Shown in pieces: positions 40,386 to 49,353 of a stretch of 64,000 bases of DNA. Position 1 is the stretch's first letter; the number at the start of each line of letters is the position of its first letter. The notes below the pieces were generated by a model, which saw only the letters and a program-made list of their open reading frames with translations, had not been told where the DNA came from and did no database searches. Both the position numbers and the translations under genes were made by a program. The DNA comes from a bacterium (lineage in GTDB: Bacteria; Desulfobacterota; Binatia; DP-6): contig JAHCID010000003.1 of NCBI GenBank assembly GCA_026129405.1, positions 59,257-123,256 of the forward strand, read 5' to 3'.

Positions 40386-43025
40386 ATGTCCACGGTCCGC
40401 GCCATCGATCCCGCGACGCTTCCGAAGCACTTCGACGCCGCCGAGGCGGAGCGACGCTGGCACGCGGCGTGGGATCGCCTGCGCACCTACGCCTGGGATC
40501 CGGCCCGGGGCCGCGACGAAACCTTCGTCGTCGACACGCCGCCGCCCACCGTCTCGGGCTCGCTGCACGTCGGTCACGTCTTCAGCTACACGCACGCCGA
40601 CTGCCTGGCGCGCTACCAGCGCATGCGCGGCCGCAACGTCTTCTATCCGATGGGGTGGGACGACAACGGCCTGCCCACGGAGCGGCGGGTGCAGAACTTC
40701 TACAACATCCGCTGCGACCCGAGCGTGCCGTCGCGCGGCGTGCCCGACGTGCCGCCGCCGGGGAACGCGAAGGAGGCGCCGGCGCTGGTCTCGCGGCCCG
40801 ACTTCATCGGCCATTGCCTCGTCCTCACGCGCGAGGACGAGGAGGCGTTCAAGGCGCTGTGGACGCGGCTCGGGCTGTCGGTCGACTGGTCGCTCGAATA
40901 CTCGACCATCGATGCGCACTGCCGGCGCACGGCCCAGCTCTCCTTCCGCGACCTCTGGGACAAGGGCCACGTCTACAGCCTCGAAGCGCCAACCATGTGG
41001 GACGTCGACTTCCAGACCGCGGTGGCGCAGGCCGAGGTGGAAGACCGGCCGACACGCGGCGCCTTCCACCACGTGGCCTTCGGCGTCGACGGCAGCTCCG
41101 AGCACTTCGTCATCGCCACCACGCGCCCCGAGCTGCTGCCCGCCTGCGTCGGCGTGACCGCGCACCCGGACGACGCGCGCTACGAGCACCTCTTCGGCAA
41201 GCACGCGCTCACCCCGATCTTCCGCGTGCCGGTGCCGATCTTCCCGAGCGAGCTCGCGGATCCCGAGAAGGGCACCGGCATCCTCATGGTGTGCACCTTC
41301 GGCGACGCCACCGACGTGCAGTGGTGGCGCGAGCAGCGGCTCCAGCTGCGCCAGATCATCGGCCGCAACGGCCGTCTCGTGCCGGTCGAGTTCGGCAGCG
41401 AGGGCTGGGAGAGCCGCGACCCGGAGCGCGCCAACGCCGCCTACGCCGAGATCACCGGTAAGGCGATGAACGGGGCGCGCCAGAAGATCGTAGAGCAGCT
41501 GCGCGACGCCGCCAACGCCGCGACGCCGGGCGGTGGGCCGCCGCTGCGCGAGGAGCCGAAGCCGCTCGAGCACAGCGTCAAGTACTACGAGAAGGGCGAC
41601 CGCCCGCTCGAGTTCGTGACCACGCGCCAGTGGTTCGTGCGTCTCCTGCGCCAGAAGGACGCGCTGATCGCCAAGGGCGACGTCGTGCGCTGGCATCCCG
41701 ACTTCATGCGGCTGCGCTTCCGCAACTGGACGGAGAACCTGAACGCCGACTGGTGCGTCAGCCGCCAGCGCTTCTTCGGCGTGCCGATCCCGGTCTGGTA
41801 TCCGCTCGACGCGGACGGGCGCCCGCAGCACGACGCGGCCATCTGCGCCGACGCCGCGCAGATGCCCTGCGACCCGACCACCGACGTCCCGGCGGGCTAC
41901 AGCGAAGCGCAGCGGGGCGCACCCGGCGGCTTCGTCGCCGACCCGGACGTCTTCGACACCTGGTTCACCAGCTCGCTGACGCCGCAGATCAGCTCGCACT
42001 GGCCGGCGGATGCGGCGCGCCACGCGCAGCTCTTTCCCGCCGACATCCGCCCGCAGAGCCACGAGATCATCCGCACGTGGGCGTTCTACACCATCGCCAA
42101 GGCGCTCCTGCACGAGGACACCATCCCGTGGCACCACGTGGTCGTGTCGGGATGGATCCTCGATCCGGACCGCAAGAAGATGTCGAAGTCGAAGGGCAAC
42201 GTGGTGACGCCGATGCACCTCCTCGACGACTACGGCGCCGACGGCGTGCGCTACTGGGCGGCGTCGGCGCGCCTCGGCACCGACACCGCGTTCGACGACA
42301 AGGTGTTCAAGGTCGGCAAGCGCCTGGTGACGAAGCTCTTCAACGCCGGCAAGTTCGTGCTCGGGCAGGCCGGCCCGGTGGCGCCGATCACGGCGCCGCT
42401 CGACCGCGCCTTCGTCCACCGGCTCGCACGCCTGGTGGAGCAGGTGACCGCGCACTACGAGCGCTTCGACTACGCCCACGCGCTGCAGGACACCGAGGCG
42501 TTCTTCTGGCGCGACTTCACCGACACCTACCTCGAGCTGGTGAAGGGCCGCGCGCGCGACGCCGGCGCCGAGCAGGGGTCGGCGCTGGCGGCGCTGCGGC
42601 TCGGGCTGTCGGTGCTGCTCCGCCTGTTCGCGCCGGCGCTGCCGTACATCACCGAGGAAGTGTGGTCGTGGGCCTTCGCCGAGGACCACGGCGCGCCGAC
42701 GATCCACCGTGCGGGCTGGCCGTCCGCGGCGGAGCTGGCGGGCGTCGCGTCGTCGGAGGACCCGGCCTGCTTCGACGCCGCCGTCGCCTGCTACGCGGCG
42801 ATCAACAAGGCGAAGTCGGAGGGCGGCGTGTCGACCGGCCGTGCGGTCACGCAGATGACGCTCGCCGTCGACGCGGCGACGCGCACGCGCCTCGAGCCCG
42901 TGCTGGGCGACGTGCTCGCGGCGGCCCGCGTCGCCGGCCACCTCCTGGAGACCGCGCCCGACCTCGCGGACGGCGAGTTCCGCGTTGCGGACGCGGCGTT
43001 CGCACCCGCTCCGGCCGACGCATGA
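40386..43025 (+). CDS. valS: valine--tRNA ligase
   Basis: 880 aa. Class I motifs PPTVSGSLHVGHV (HIGH) and KMSKSKGN, with a ValRS-type editing domain and anticodon-binding regions. Confidence 0.9.
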   Translation: MSTVRAIDPATLPKHFDAAEAERRWHAAWDRLRTYAWDPARGRDETFVVDTPPPTVSGSLHVGHVFSYTHADCLARYQRMRGRNVFYPMGWDDNGLPTERRVQNFYNIRCDPSVPSRGVPDVPPPGNAKEAPALVSRPDFIGHCLVLTREDEEAFKALWTRLGLSVDWSLEYSTIDAHCRRTAQLSFRDLWDKGHVYSLEAPTMWDVDFQTAVAQAEVEDRPTRGAFHHVAFGVDGSSEHFVIATTRPELLPACVGVTAHPDDARYEHLFGKHALTPIFRVPVPIFPSELADPEKGTGILMVCTFGDATDVQWWREQRLQLRQIIGRNGRLVPVEFGSEGWESRDPERANAAYAEITGKAMNGARQKIVEQLRDAANAATPGGGPPLREEPKPLEHSVKYYEKGDRPLEFVTTRQWFVRLLRQKDALIAKGDVVRWHPDFMRLRFRNWTENLNADWCVSRQRFFGVPIPVWYPLDADGRPQHDAAICADAAQMPCDPTTDVPAGYSEAQRGAPGGFVADPDVFDTWFTSSLTPQISSHWPADAARHAQLFPADIRPQSHEIIRTWAFYTIAKALLHEDTIPWHHVVVSGWILDPDRKKMSKSKGNVVTPMHLLDDYGADGVRYWAASARLGTDTAFDDKVFKVGKRLVTKLFNAGKFVLGQAGPVAPITAPLDRAFVHRLARLVEQVTAHYERFDYAHALQDTEAFFWRDFTDTYLELVKGRARDAGAEQGSALAALRLGLSVLLRLFAPALPYITEEVWSWAFAEDHGAPTIHRAGWPSAAELAGVASSEDPACFDAAVACYAAINKAKSEGGVSTGRAVTQMTLAVDAATRTRLEPVLGDVLAAARVAGHLLETAPDLADGEFRVADAAFAPAPADA

Positions 43026-43876
43026 GCGCGGACCCCGTCTTCGACCATCCGCTCGTCGCACGGCTCCTCGAGCTCGCGATCGCGGAGGACGTGGGCGGCG
43101 GCGATCACACCTCGGAGGCGACCGTGCCCGCGTCGGCCCGGGCGCACGGCCGGCTGCTCGCGAAGCAGGAGCTCGTGGTCTGCGGCCTGCCGCTGCTGGA
43201 GCGCGTGTTCGCCCGGCTCGGCGGCGCCAGCGTGACGGTGATCGCGGCCGAGGGGCAGGCGGTAGCGGCGGGATCGGTCGTCGCCGGCGTCGGCGGTGCG
43301 GCGCGCACGCTCCTCGCCGGCGAGCGGCTGGCGCTGAACCTCGTGCAGCACCTCTGCGGCATCGCCACGCTGACGCGCGCCTGCGTCCAGCGCGTCGTCG
43401 GCACCGGCCTCGTGATCCGCGACACGCGCAAGACCGTCCCGGGCATGCGCGTGCTGGCGAAGTACGCCGTGCGCGCCGGCGGCGGCACCAACCATCGCCT
43501 GGCGCTCGACGACGCGATCCTGGTGAAGGACAACCACCTGTCGCTCGGCGGCGGCGACTTCGCCGCGGCGGTGACGGCGGCGCGGCGCGACTTCCCGGGG
43601 CTGCCGCTCGAGGTCGAGTGCCGCACGCTGGCCGAGGTCGAGCGTGCGGCGGCGGCGAACCCCGACCTCATCCTGCTCGACAACATGTCGCCGGCGCAGA
43701 TGCGCGACGCGGTCGCCCGCGTCGCGGGCCGCGTGCCGCTGGAGGCGTCGGGCGGCATCGGGCTCGACGATCTCCCGGCGGTCGCCGCCGCCGGCGTGCA
43801 GTACGTCGCGATGGGCGCGCTCACGCACTCCGCGGGGGCGTGCGACCTCAGCCTCAAGCTCACGCCGGCGCGCTGA
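43022..43876 (+). CDS. nadC: nicotinate-nucleotide pyrophosphorylase [carboxylating] (quinolinate phosphoribosyltransferase)
   Basis: ATG overlaps the valS stop (ATGA). Conserved NadC segments (IRDTRKTVPGMRVLAKYAVRAGGGTNHRLALDDAILVKDNH...LLDNM). Confidence 0.85.
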   Translation: MSADPVFDHPLVARLLELAIAEDVGGGDHTSEATVPASARAHGRLLAKQELVVCGLPLLERVFARLGGASVTVIAAEGQAVAAGSVVAGVGGAARTLLAGERLALNLVQHLCGIATLTRACVQRVVGTGLVIRDTRKTVPGMRVLAKYAVRAGGGTNHRLALDDAILVKDNHLSLGGGDFAAAVTAARRDFPGLPLEVECRTLAEVERAAAANPDLILLDNMSPAQMRDAVARVAGRVPLEASGGIGLDDLPAVAAAGVQYVAMGALTHSAGACDLSLKLTPAR

Positions 43877-43953
43877 GCGCCGGCCGTCGCTGCGGCGCGC
43901 GCGCGCCGGCTGACGGCTCGCCGCACCGCGCAGCCCTCTGCTATCTCGGTCGC

Positions 43954-44946
43954 ATGCCCCGCACGCAGCGGCCGGTTCCCGATCCCCGTCTCGTCGGCTG
44001 GTTGCGCGAGGCGGGACGCCCCGTCTCCGGCGAGGAGCTGGCCCGCCGCCTCGGCTGCTCGCGCGCCGCGGTGTGGAAGCACATCGCCGCGCTGCGCGCG
44101 CAGGGCTTCACCATCGGCGCGCACCACGCCCGCGGCTACTCGCTCGATGCCACGCCCGACCGGCTCGACCCGGTGACGCTCGCGCCGCTCCTGCGCGGGC
44201 GCTGGCGCACGATCGACTGGCACGCCGAGATCGACTCGACGCAGCGCCGCGCGCGCGAGCTCGGGCGGGCCGGGGCCGAGGAGGGCACGGTCGTGGTCGC
44301 CGAGGCGCAGAGCGCGGGGCGCGGACGGCTCGGCCGCAGCTGGCACTCGCCGCCGGGGCTGAACCTCTACTGCTCGATCCTGCTGCGGCCGCCGGTCGCG
44401 CTCGCCGAGGTGCCGCAGATCGCGCTCGTCGCCGGCCTCGCCGTCGCCGAGGCGGTCGAGGTCACGACCGGGCTCGGGCCGCGCCTCAAGTGGCCGAACG
44501 ACGTGCTCCTCGGCGGTCGCAAGACGGCCGGCATCCTCACCGAGCTCGAGGCCGAGGAGGAGCGCGTGCAGCTCGTCATCGCCGGCATCGGGGTCAACCT
44601 CAACCTCGAGACCTTTCCCGACGAGCTGGCGGACAAGGCGACCTCGCTGCGCCGCGCGGTCGGGCGTCCGATCGACCGCGGCGCCTTCCTCGCCGGGTTG
44701 CTCGCCGCGTTCGAGGCGCGTTATGAGCGATTCCTCGCGTCCGGATTCGCGCCGATGCGTGCCGAGTGGGAGTCCTACGCTGCCTTGACGGGCAGGACGG
44801 TCCGGGTGGCCGCGCCGCAGGGCGAGGTCGCGGGTCGGGTGCTCGGCCTCGACGACGACGGCGCGCTGCGTCTCGACCCCGGCGACGGCGGCGTGGTGCG
44901 GGTGGTGGCCGGCGAGGTGTCGGTGGTGGACGGGTACGGAGAGTGA
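43954..44946 (+). CDS. birA: bifunctional biotin--[acetyl-CoA-carboxylase] ligase / biotin operon repressor
   Basis: N-terminal HTH (VSGEELARRLGCSRAAVWKHIAALRAQG), BPL catalytic domain (AEAQSAGRGRLGRSWHSPPG...KWPNDVL), C-terminal SH3-like domain. Confidence 0.8.
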   Translation: MPRTQRPVPDPRLVGWLREAGRPVSGEELARRLGCSRAAVWKHIAALRAQGFTIGAHHARGYSLDATPDRLDPVTLAPLLRGRWRTIDWHAEIDSTQRRARELGRAGAEEGTVVVAEAQSAGRGRLGRSWHSPPGLNLYCSILLRPPVALAEVPQIALVAGLAVAEAVEVTTGLGPRLKWPNDVLLGGRKTAGILTELEAEEERVQLVIAGIGVNLNLETFPDELADKATSLRRAVGRPIDRGAFLAGLLAAFEARYERFLASGFAPMRAEWESYAALTGRTVRVAAPQGEVAGRVLGLDDDGALRLDPGDGGVVRVVAGEVSVVDGYGE

Positions 44947-44953
44947 GGGTCGG

Positions 44954-45733
44954 ATGCTGCTCGCGCTGAACGTCAACAACACGCACACGCTGGTCGGGCT
45001 CTACGAGGGCGAGAAGCTCCTCGTACACTGGCGACTCAGCACCGATCAGGCGCGCACGGTCGACGAGTACGGCGTGCTGCTGCGCGGGCTCTTCGCCGAG
45101 TGGGGGCAGCCGCGGCCGCCGATCACCGGCGTCGCCGTGTCGAGCGTCGTGCCGCCCATGAACGACCGCATCGAGGAGGTGTGCCGCCGCTTCTTCGGGC
45201 ACGAGCCGCTGGTCGTCGGCCCCGGCGTGCGCACCGGCGTGCCGATCCTCTACGACAACCCGAAAGAGGTCGGGGCGGACCGCATCTGCAACGCCGTCGC
45301 CGCCTACGATCGGGTGCGCGGCGCCGCCATCGTCGTCGACTTCGGCACGGCGACGACCTTCGACGTGGTGACCGCGAAGGGCGAGTACGCCGGCGGGGTG
45401 ATCGCTCCCGGCATCGGCATCTCGCTCGACGCGCTGGTCGCGCGCACCGCGAAGCTGCCGCGCGTCGAGCTGCAATGGCCGCCGCGCGTCGTCGGCAAGA
45501 CCACCGTGCACGCGATCCAGGCCGGCGTCACCTTCGGCTACACCGCGCTGGTCGACGGCCTGGTCGACCGCATCCGCGCCGAGCAGGACCGCGACGCGCG
45601 CGTCATCGCCACCGGAGGACTCGGGGCGCTCATCGCCCCGCATTCGAGAACCATCGAGACCGTCGACGAGTTCTTGACGGTCGACGGTCTGCGCATGATC
45701 TGGGCCAGGAACGGAGGTCGGGATGCCACCTGA
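44954..45733 (+). CDS. coaX: type III pantothenate kinase
   Basis: MLLALNVNNTHTLVGLY...GADRICNAVAA...VVDFGTATTFD. Canonical CoaX. Confidence 0.85.
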   Translation: MLLALNVNNTHTLVGLYEGEKLLVHWRLSTDQARTVDEYGVLLRGLFAEWGQPRPPITGVAVSSVVPPMNDRIEEVCRRFFGHEPLVVGPGVRTGVPILYDNPKEVGADRICNAVAAYDRVRGAAIVVDFGTATTFDVVTAKGEYAGGVIAPGIGISLDALVARTAKLPRVELQWPPRVVGKTTVHAIQAGVTFGYTALVDGLVDRIRAEQDRDARVIATGGLGALIAPHSRTIETVDEFLTVDGLRMIWARNGGRDAT

Positions 45734-47810
45734 CGAAGTGCAGAGGCTCCGCAGCGTCGCCATCGTCGGGCAGGGCGGCGGCGGCAAAACCACGGTCGCC
45801 GACGCCCTCCTGTTCGTCGCCGGCGCCGCCACCCGCATCGGCCGCGTCGACGACGGCTCGTCGGCGTTCGACACCGAGCCCGAGGAGCAGCGCCGCAAGA
45901 GCTCCCTCACCGCCAGCCTGCACCACGTCGGCTGGAAGAAGCACGAGATCGTGCTCATGGACACGCCGGGCTACGCGGCGTTCCTCCACGACGCCCACAA
46001 CTGCCTCGTCGCCGCGACCGGCGCGGTGTTCGTCCTGGGAGCGACCGGCGGGGAGGTGAAGGTCGAGGCCGAGAAGCTCTGGGGCTGGCTGCGCGAGCGC
46101 GGCATCCCCGCCATCGGCTTCGTCACGCGGCTCGACCGCGAGCGCGCGAGCCTGGGGCAGGCCCTCGACGACCTGAAGCTGCTCGGCGTGCGTCCCGCCG
46201 TGCTCCAGGTGCCGATCGGGAGCGAGGCCGGATTCCGCGGCGTCGTCGACGTCCTCGCCGACAAAGCGTTCGTGTACGAGGACGAGGCGGTGCGCGAGGA
46301 GCCGGTGCCCGCCGAGATGGCCGACGCCGTCCGCGCCGCCCGCGAGCTGCTGACCGAGACCGTCGCCGAGGCAACCGACGAGCTGCTCGAGAAGTACCTC
46401 GAGCACGGCGAGCTCTCGCCCGAGGACCTCCTCGCCGGCCTGCACGAGGGCACGCGCGGCGGCAAGTTCCTGCCCATCCTGTGCGGGGCGGGCGTCCGCG
46501 GCATCGGCCTCCAGCCGCTGCTCGACGCCATCGTGACCATGCTGCCGCCGGCGTCGGAGCTGCCGCCGTGGGCCGGCGACGATCCGAAGACGGGCGCGAG
46601 CGTCGAGCGCCCCGCCGATCCGGCGGCGCCGTTCTCGGCCTACGTGCTGAAGACCATCGTCGACCCGCACGCGGGCAAGCTCTCGGTCCTGCGCGTCGTG
46701 TCCGGGCGTGCGCACGGCGACCTCACCGTCCTCAACTCGTACCGCGAGGGCCGTGAGCGGCTCGGGCATCTCGTGCGGCTCGAGGGCAGGAAGCAGGTGG
46801 GCGTCCAGCAGGCGTTCCCGGGCGACGTCGTCGCGGTCGCGAAGCTGAAGGACACGCACTCGGGCGACACGCTGTGCGACGAGAAGGCGCCGGTCGTGTT
46901 CCCGCCGCTCCCCGACGTGCCGGCGGTCATCTCGTTCGCGCTCCAGGCGAAGAGCCGCGCCGACGACGACAAGGTGATGCAGGGGCTCCACCGCCTGATG
47001 GAGGAGGACACGGGGCTGCGCGTCCACCGCGACGAGCAGACCAACGAGTTCGTGATCTCCGGCTCGGGACAGCTCCACGTCGAGCTGGCGGTCGAGCGCG
47101 TGCGGCGCAAGTTCGGCGTCGAGGTCGAGCTGAAGGCGCCGAAGGTGCCGTACAAGGAGACCATCCGCGGCAGCGCCAGGGCGCAGGGGCGCCATAAGAA
47201 GCAGACCGGCGGCCACGGCCAGTTCGCCGACTGCTGGCTCGAGCTGACGCCGCTGCCGCGCGGCGCCGGCTTCGAGTTCGAGGACGCCGTCGTCGGCGGC
47301 GCGATCCCGCGCCAGTTCATCCCCGCGGTCGAGAAGGGCTCGCGCGAGATGCTGGGGCAGGGAATCCTCGCCGGCTACCCCATCGTCGACGTGAAGGTGA
47401 AGGTCTACGACGGCTCCGCGCACGACGTCGACTCCTCGGAGATGGCGTTCAAGATCGCCGCGCACCTCGGCTTCCGCAAGGCCTTCGAGCAGGCGAAGCC
47501 GGTGCTGCTGGAGCCGATGATGGTGCTGACGGTCACCGTGCCCGACGAGCACATGGGCGACGTCATCGGCGATCTCAACAGCCGGCGCGGCAAGGTGCTC
47601 GGCGCCGAGCCGAAGGGCACCGGCCAGCAGGTGATCCGCGCCCAGGTGCCGATGGCCGAGGTGCTGCGCTACGCGCCGGACCTGCGCTCGATGACGCAGG
47701 GCCGCGGGGACTTCGCGCTCGAGCTGGCGCATTACGAGGAGGTGCCGGCGCACGTCGCCGAGCGCATCGTGAAGGACGCGGCGGGGGCGCGGGCGGAGAA
47801 GCATGCGTGA
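45723..47810 (+). CDS. elongation factor G-like GTPase (EF-G paralog)
   Basis: Five-domain EF-G architecture with atypical P-loop IVGQGGGGKTT. DTPGYAAF switch and domain IV/V segments are present. It overlaps the coaX stop. Confidence 0.8.
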   Translation: MPPDEVQRLRSVAIVGQGGGGKTTVADALLFVAGAATRIGRVDDGSSAFDTEPEEQRRKSSLTASLHHVGWKKHEIVLMDTPGYAAFLHDAHNCLVAATGAVFVLGATGGEVKVEAEKLWGWLRERGIPAIGFVTRLDRERASLGQALDDLKLLGVRPAVLQVPIGSEAGFRGVVDVLADKAFVYEDEAVREEPVPAEMADAVRAARELLTETVAEATDELLEKYLEHGELSPEDLLAGLHEGTRGGKFLPILCGAGVRGIGLQPLLDAIVTMLPPASELPPWAGDDPKTGASVERPADPAAPFSAYVLKTIVDPHAGKLSVLRVVSGRAHGDLTVLNSYREGRERLGHLVRLEGRKQVGVQQAFPGDVVAVAKLKDTHSGDTLCDEKAPVVFPPLPDVPAVISFALQAKSRADDDKVMQGLHRLMEEDTGLRVHRDEQTNEFVISGSGQLHVELAVERVRRKFGVEVELKAPKVPYKETIRGSARAQGRHKKQTGGHGQFADCWLELTPLPRGAGFEFEDAVVGGAIPRQFIPAVEKGSREMLGQGILAGYPIVDVKVKVYDGSAHDVDSSEMAFKIAAHLGFRKAFEQAKPVLLEPMMVLTVTVPDEHMGDVIGDLNSRRGKVLGAEPKGTGQQVIRAQVPMAEVLRYAPDLRSMTQGRGDFALELAHYEEVPAHVAERIVKDAAGARAEKHA

Positions 47811-48381
47811 CCCGGGCGGAGCCGACGAGGAGCTCGACGCCGACGCCGTCGCCCGCATCGTGCGCGAGATCGAGGCGGGAGAGGACTCCATCCTCGTCCC
47901 CTTCGAGCTGATCGGCGACTTCGAGCGCCCGCCGGGGACGGCGCCGCCGCCGAGCCTGTTCCAGGAGGTGCTCGGCATGAGCGTCTCGCAGAAGATCAAG
48001 CTCGCGCTGCGCGGCAACAAGGACGCGCGCACCATCCTCATCCGCGACAACAACAAGCTGGTGCGCCGCTTCGTGGTGATGAACCCGCGCATCACCGACG
48101 GCGAGGTCGTCCAGCTCTGCCGCAACCGCTCGGCCGACGACGAGCTGATCCGCATCGTCGCGGAGGACCGCGAGTGGGTGCGGAACTACCAGGTGAAGCT
48201 GGCCCTGGTGACCAACCCGAAGACGCCGCTCGTGATCGCGATGCGCCTCGTGGCGCAGCTCGGCGAGCGCGACGTGCGCGCGCTGGCGAAGTCGCGCAAC
48301 GTCCCGCAGGCGGTCGCGGTGCAGGCGCGTCGCATCGTCGTCGAGAAGGACAAGAAGAGCAGCGGGGGCGGGAAGCACTGA
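47803..48381 (+). CDS. hypothetical protein (acidic N-terminus, basic C-terminus)
   Basis: ORF overlaps the EF-G-like stop. Protein-like composition (MSVSQKIKLALRGNKDARTILIRDNNKLVRRFVVMNPRITDGEV). No family recognised. Confidence 0.4.
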   Translation: MRDPGGADEELDADAVARIVREIEAGEDSILVPFELIGDFERPPGTAPPPSLFQEVLGMSVSQKIKLALRGNKDARTILIRDNNKLVRRFVVMNPRITDGEVVQLCRNRSADDELIRIVAEDREWVRNYQVKLALVTNPKTPLVIAMRLVAQLGERDVRALAKSRNVPQAVAVQARRIVVEKDKKSSGGGKH

Positions 48382-49352
48382 TGGGGCTGCCGTACGCCGT
48401 GGTGCGGCGGCTCGCGGCGGTGCGTGCGGCCGTCGAGCCGCCGGTGCGCCGCGTGCTCTTCGGCGCCGGGCCGAGCTGGCGCCGCCAGGCGAACGTGCTC
48501 CCCTGGCTCGACGCGCCCGACGCCGACGCGAAGGCGGCGGCGTCGGGCGCCGACGCGCCGTGGCTGCGGCAATGGGTGCGCGACGGCTACGTCGTCGCCG
48601 ACGGGCTCGTCGACGCGGCCGACGTCGACGCCATGCTCGCGACCCTCGACGGCCTCTGGGACGCGCCCGCGCCCATCCCGCATCTCGACCTGCTGGGGCT
48701 GCGCGACGTTCGGGGCGGGGAGCAGTACACGCTCTCGCACGAGGCCCTGCTGGCGCGCCCGCCGGGCGAGCGTGCGCGCATCCGCGCCGCCTCCGACTGG
48801 CGCATCCACGGCTTCCACTACGTCAACGCGTCGGCGCGGCGGCTCTTCGGCAACCGGCGCCTGCGGGCCACGGCGTCGCGGCTGCTCGGCCGCCGCGCGC
48901 GCCCGTTCGCCGCCATCAACTTCATGTGCGGCAGCCAGCAGGACCTCCACCAGGACATGGGCGTGTTCCACGTCTGGCCGCAGAACTGGCTCCTGGGCGC
49001 GTGGATCGCGTGCGAGGACGTCGCCGCCGACAGCGGCCCGCTCGTCCTGTACCCCGGCTCGCACCGCGCGCCGTTCTTCCCGGGCTTCGCCGACTATCCC
49101 CAGACGAACCTGCGCACCGCCGACGCCGCGGGGACGGCGGCCTACCACCGCTACGTCGAGAAGGTCGCGGCGCGCTTTCCGCGCAAGGAGTTCCTCGCGA
49201 CCAAGGGCCAGGTGCTCTTCTGGCACGGGATGCTGGTCCACGGCGGTGCGCCGGTCGCGCGCCCGGGCAGCACGCGCAAGTCGATGGTCCTGCACTATAC
49301 CGTGCGCGGCGCCGACCGCGCCCGCGAGGTGCAGGGTCCGTTCCGCTGGTGA
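48381..49352 (+). CDS. phytanoyl-CoA dioxygenase (PhyH) family Fe(II)/2-oxoglutarate oxygenase
   Basis: HQDMGVFHVWPQNW...GPLVLYPGSHR...FWHGMLVHGG. Facial triad His-x-Asp...His. Confidence 0.65.
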   Translation: MGLPYAVVRRLAAVRAAVEPPVRRVLFGAGPSWRRQANVLPWLDAPDADAKAAASGADAPWLRQWVRDGYVVADGLVDAADVDAMLATLDGLWDAPAPIPHLDLLGLRDVRGGEQYTLSHEALLARPPGERARIRAASDWRIHGFHYVNASARRLFGNRRLRATASRLLGRRARPFAAINFMCGSQQDLHQDMGVFHVWPQNWLLGAWIACEDVAADSGPLVLYPGSHRAPFFPGFADYPQTNLRTADAAGTAAYHRYVEKVAARFPRKEFLATKGQVLFWHGMLVHGGAPVARPGSTRKSMVLHYTVRGADRAREVQGPFRW

Positions 49353-49353
49353 G

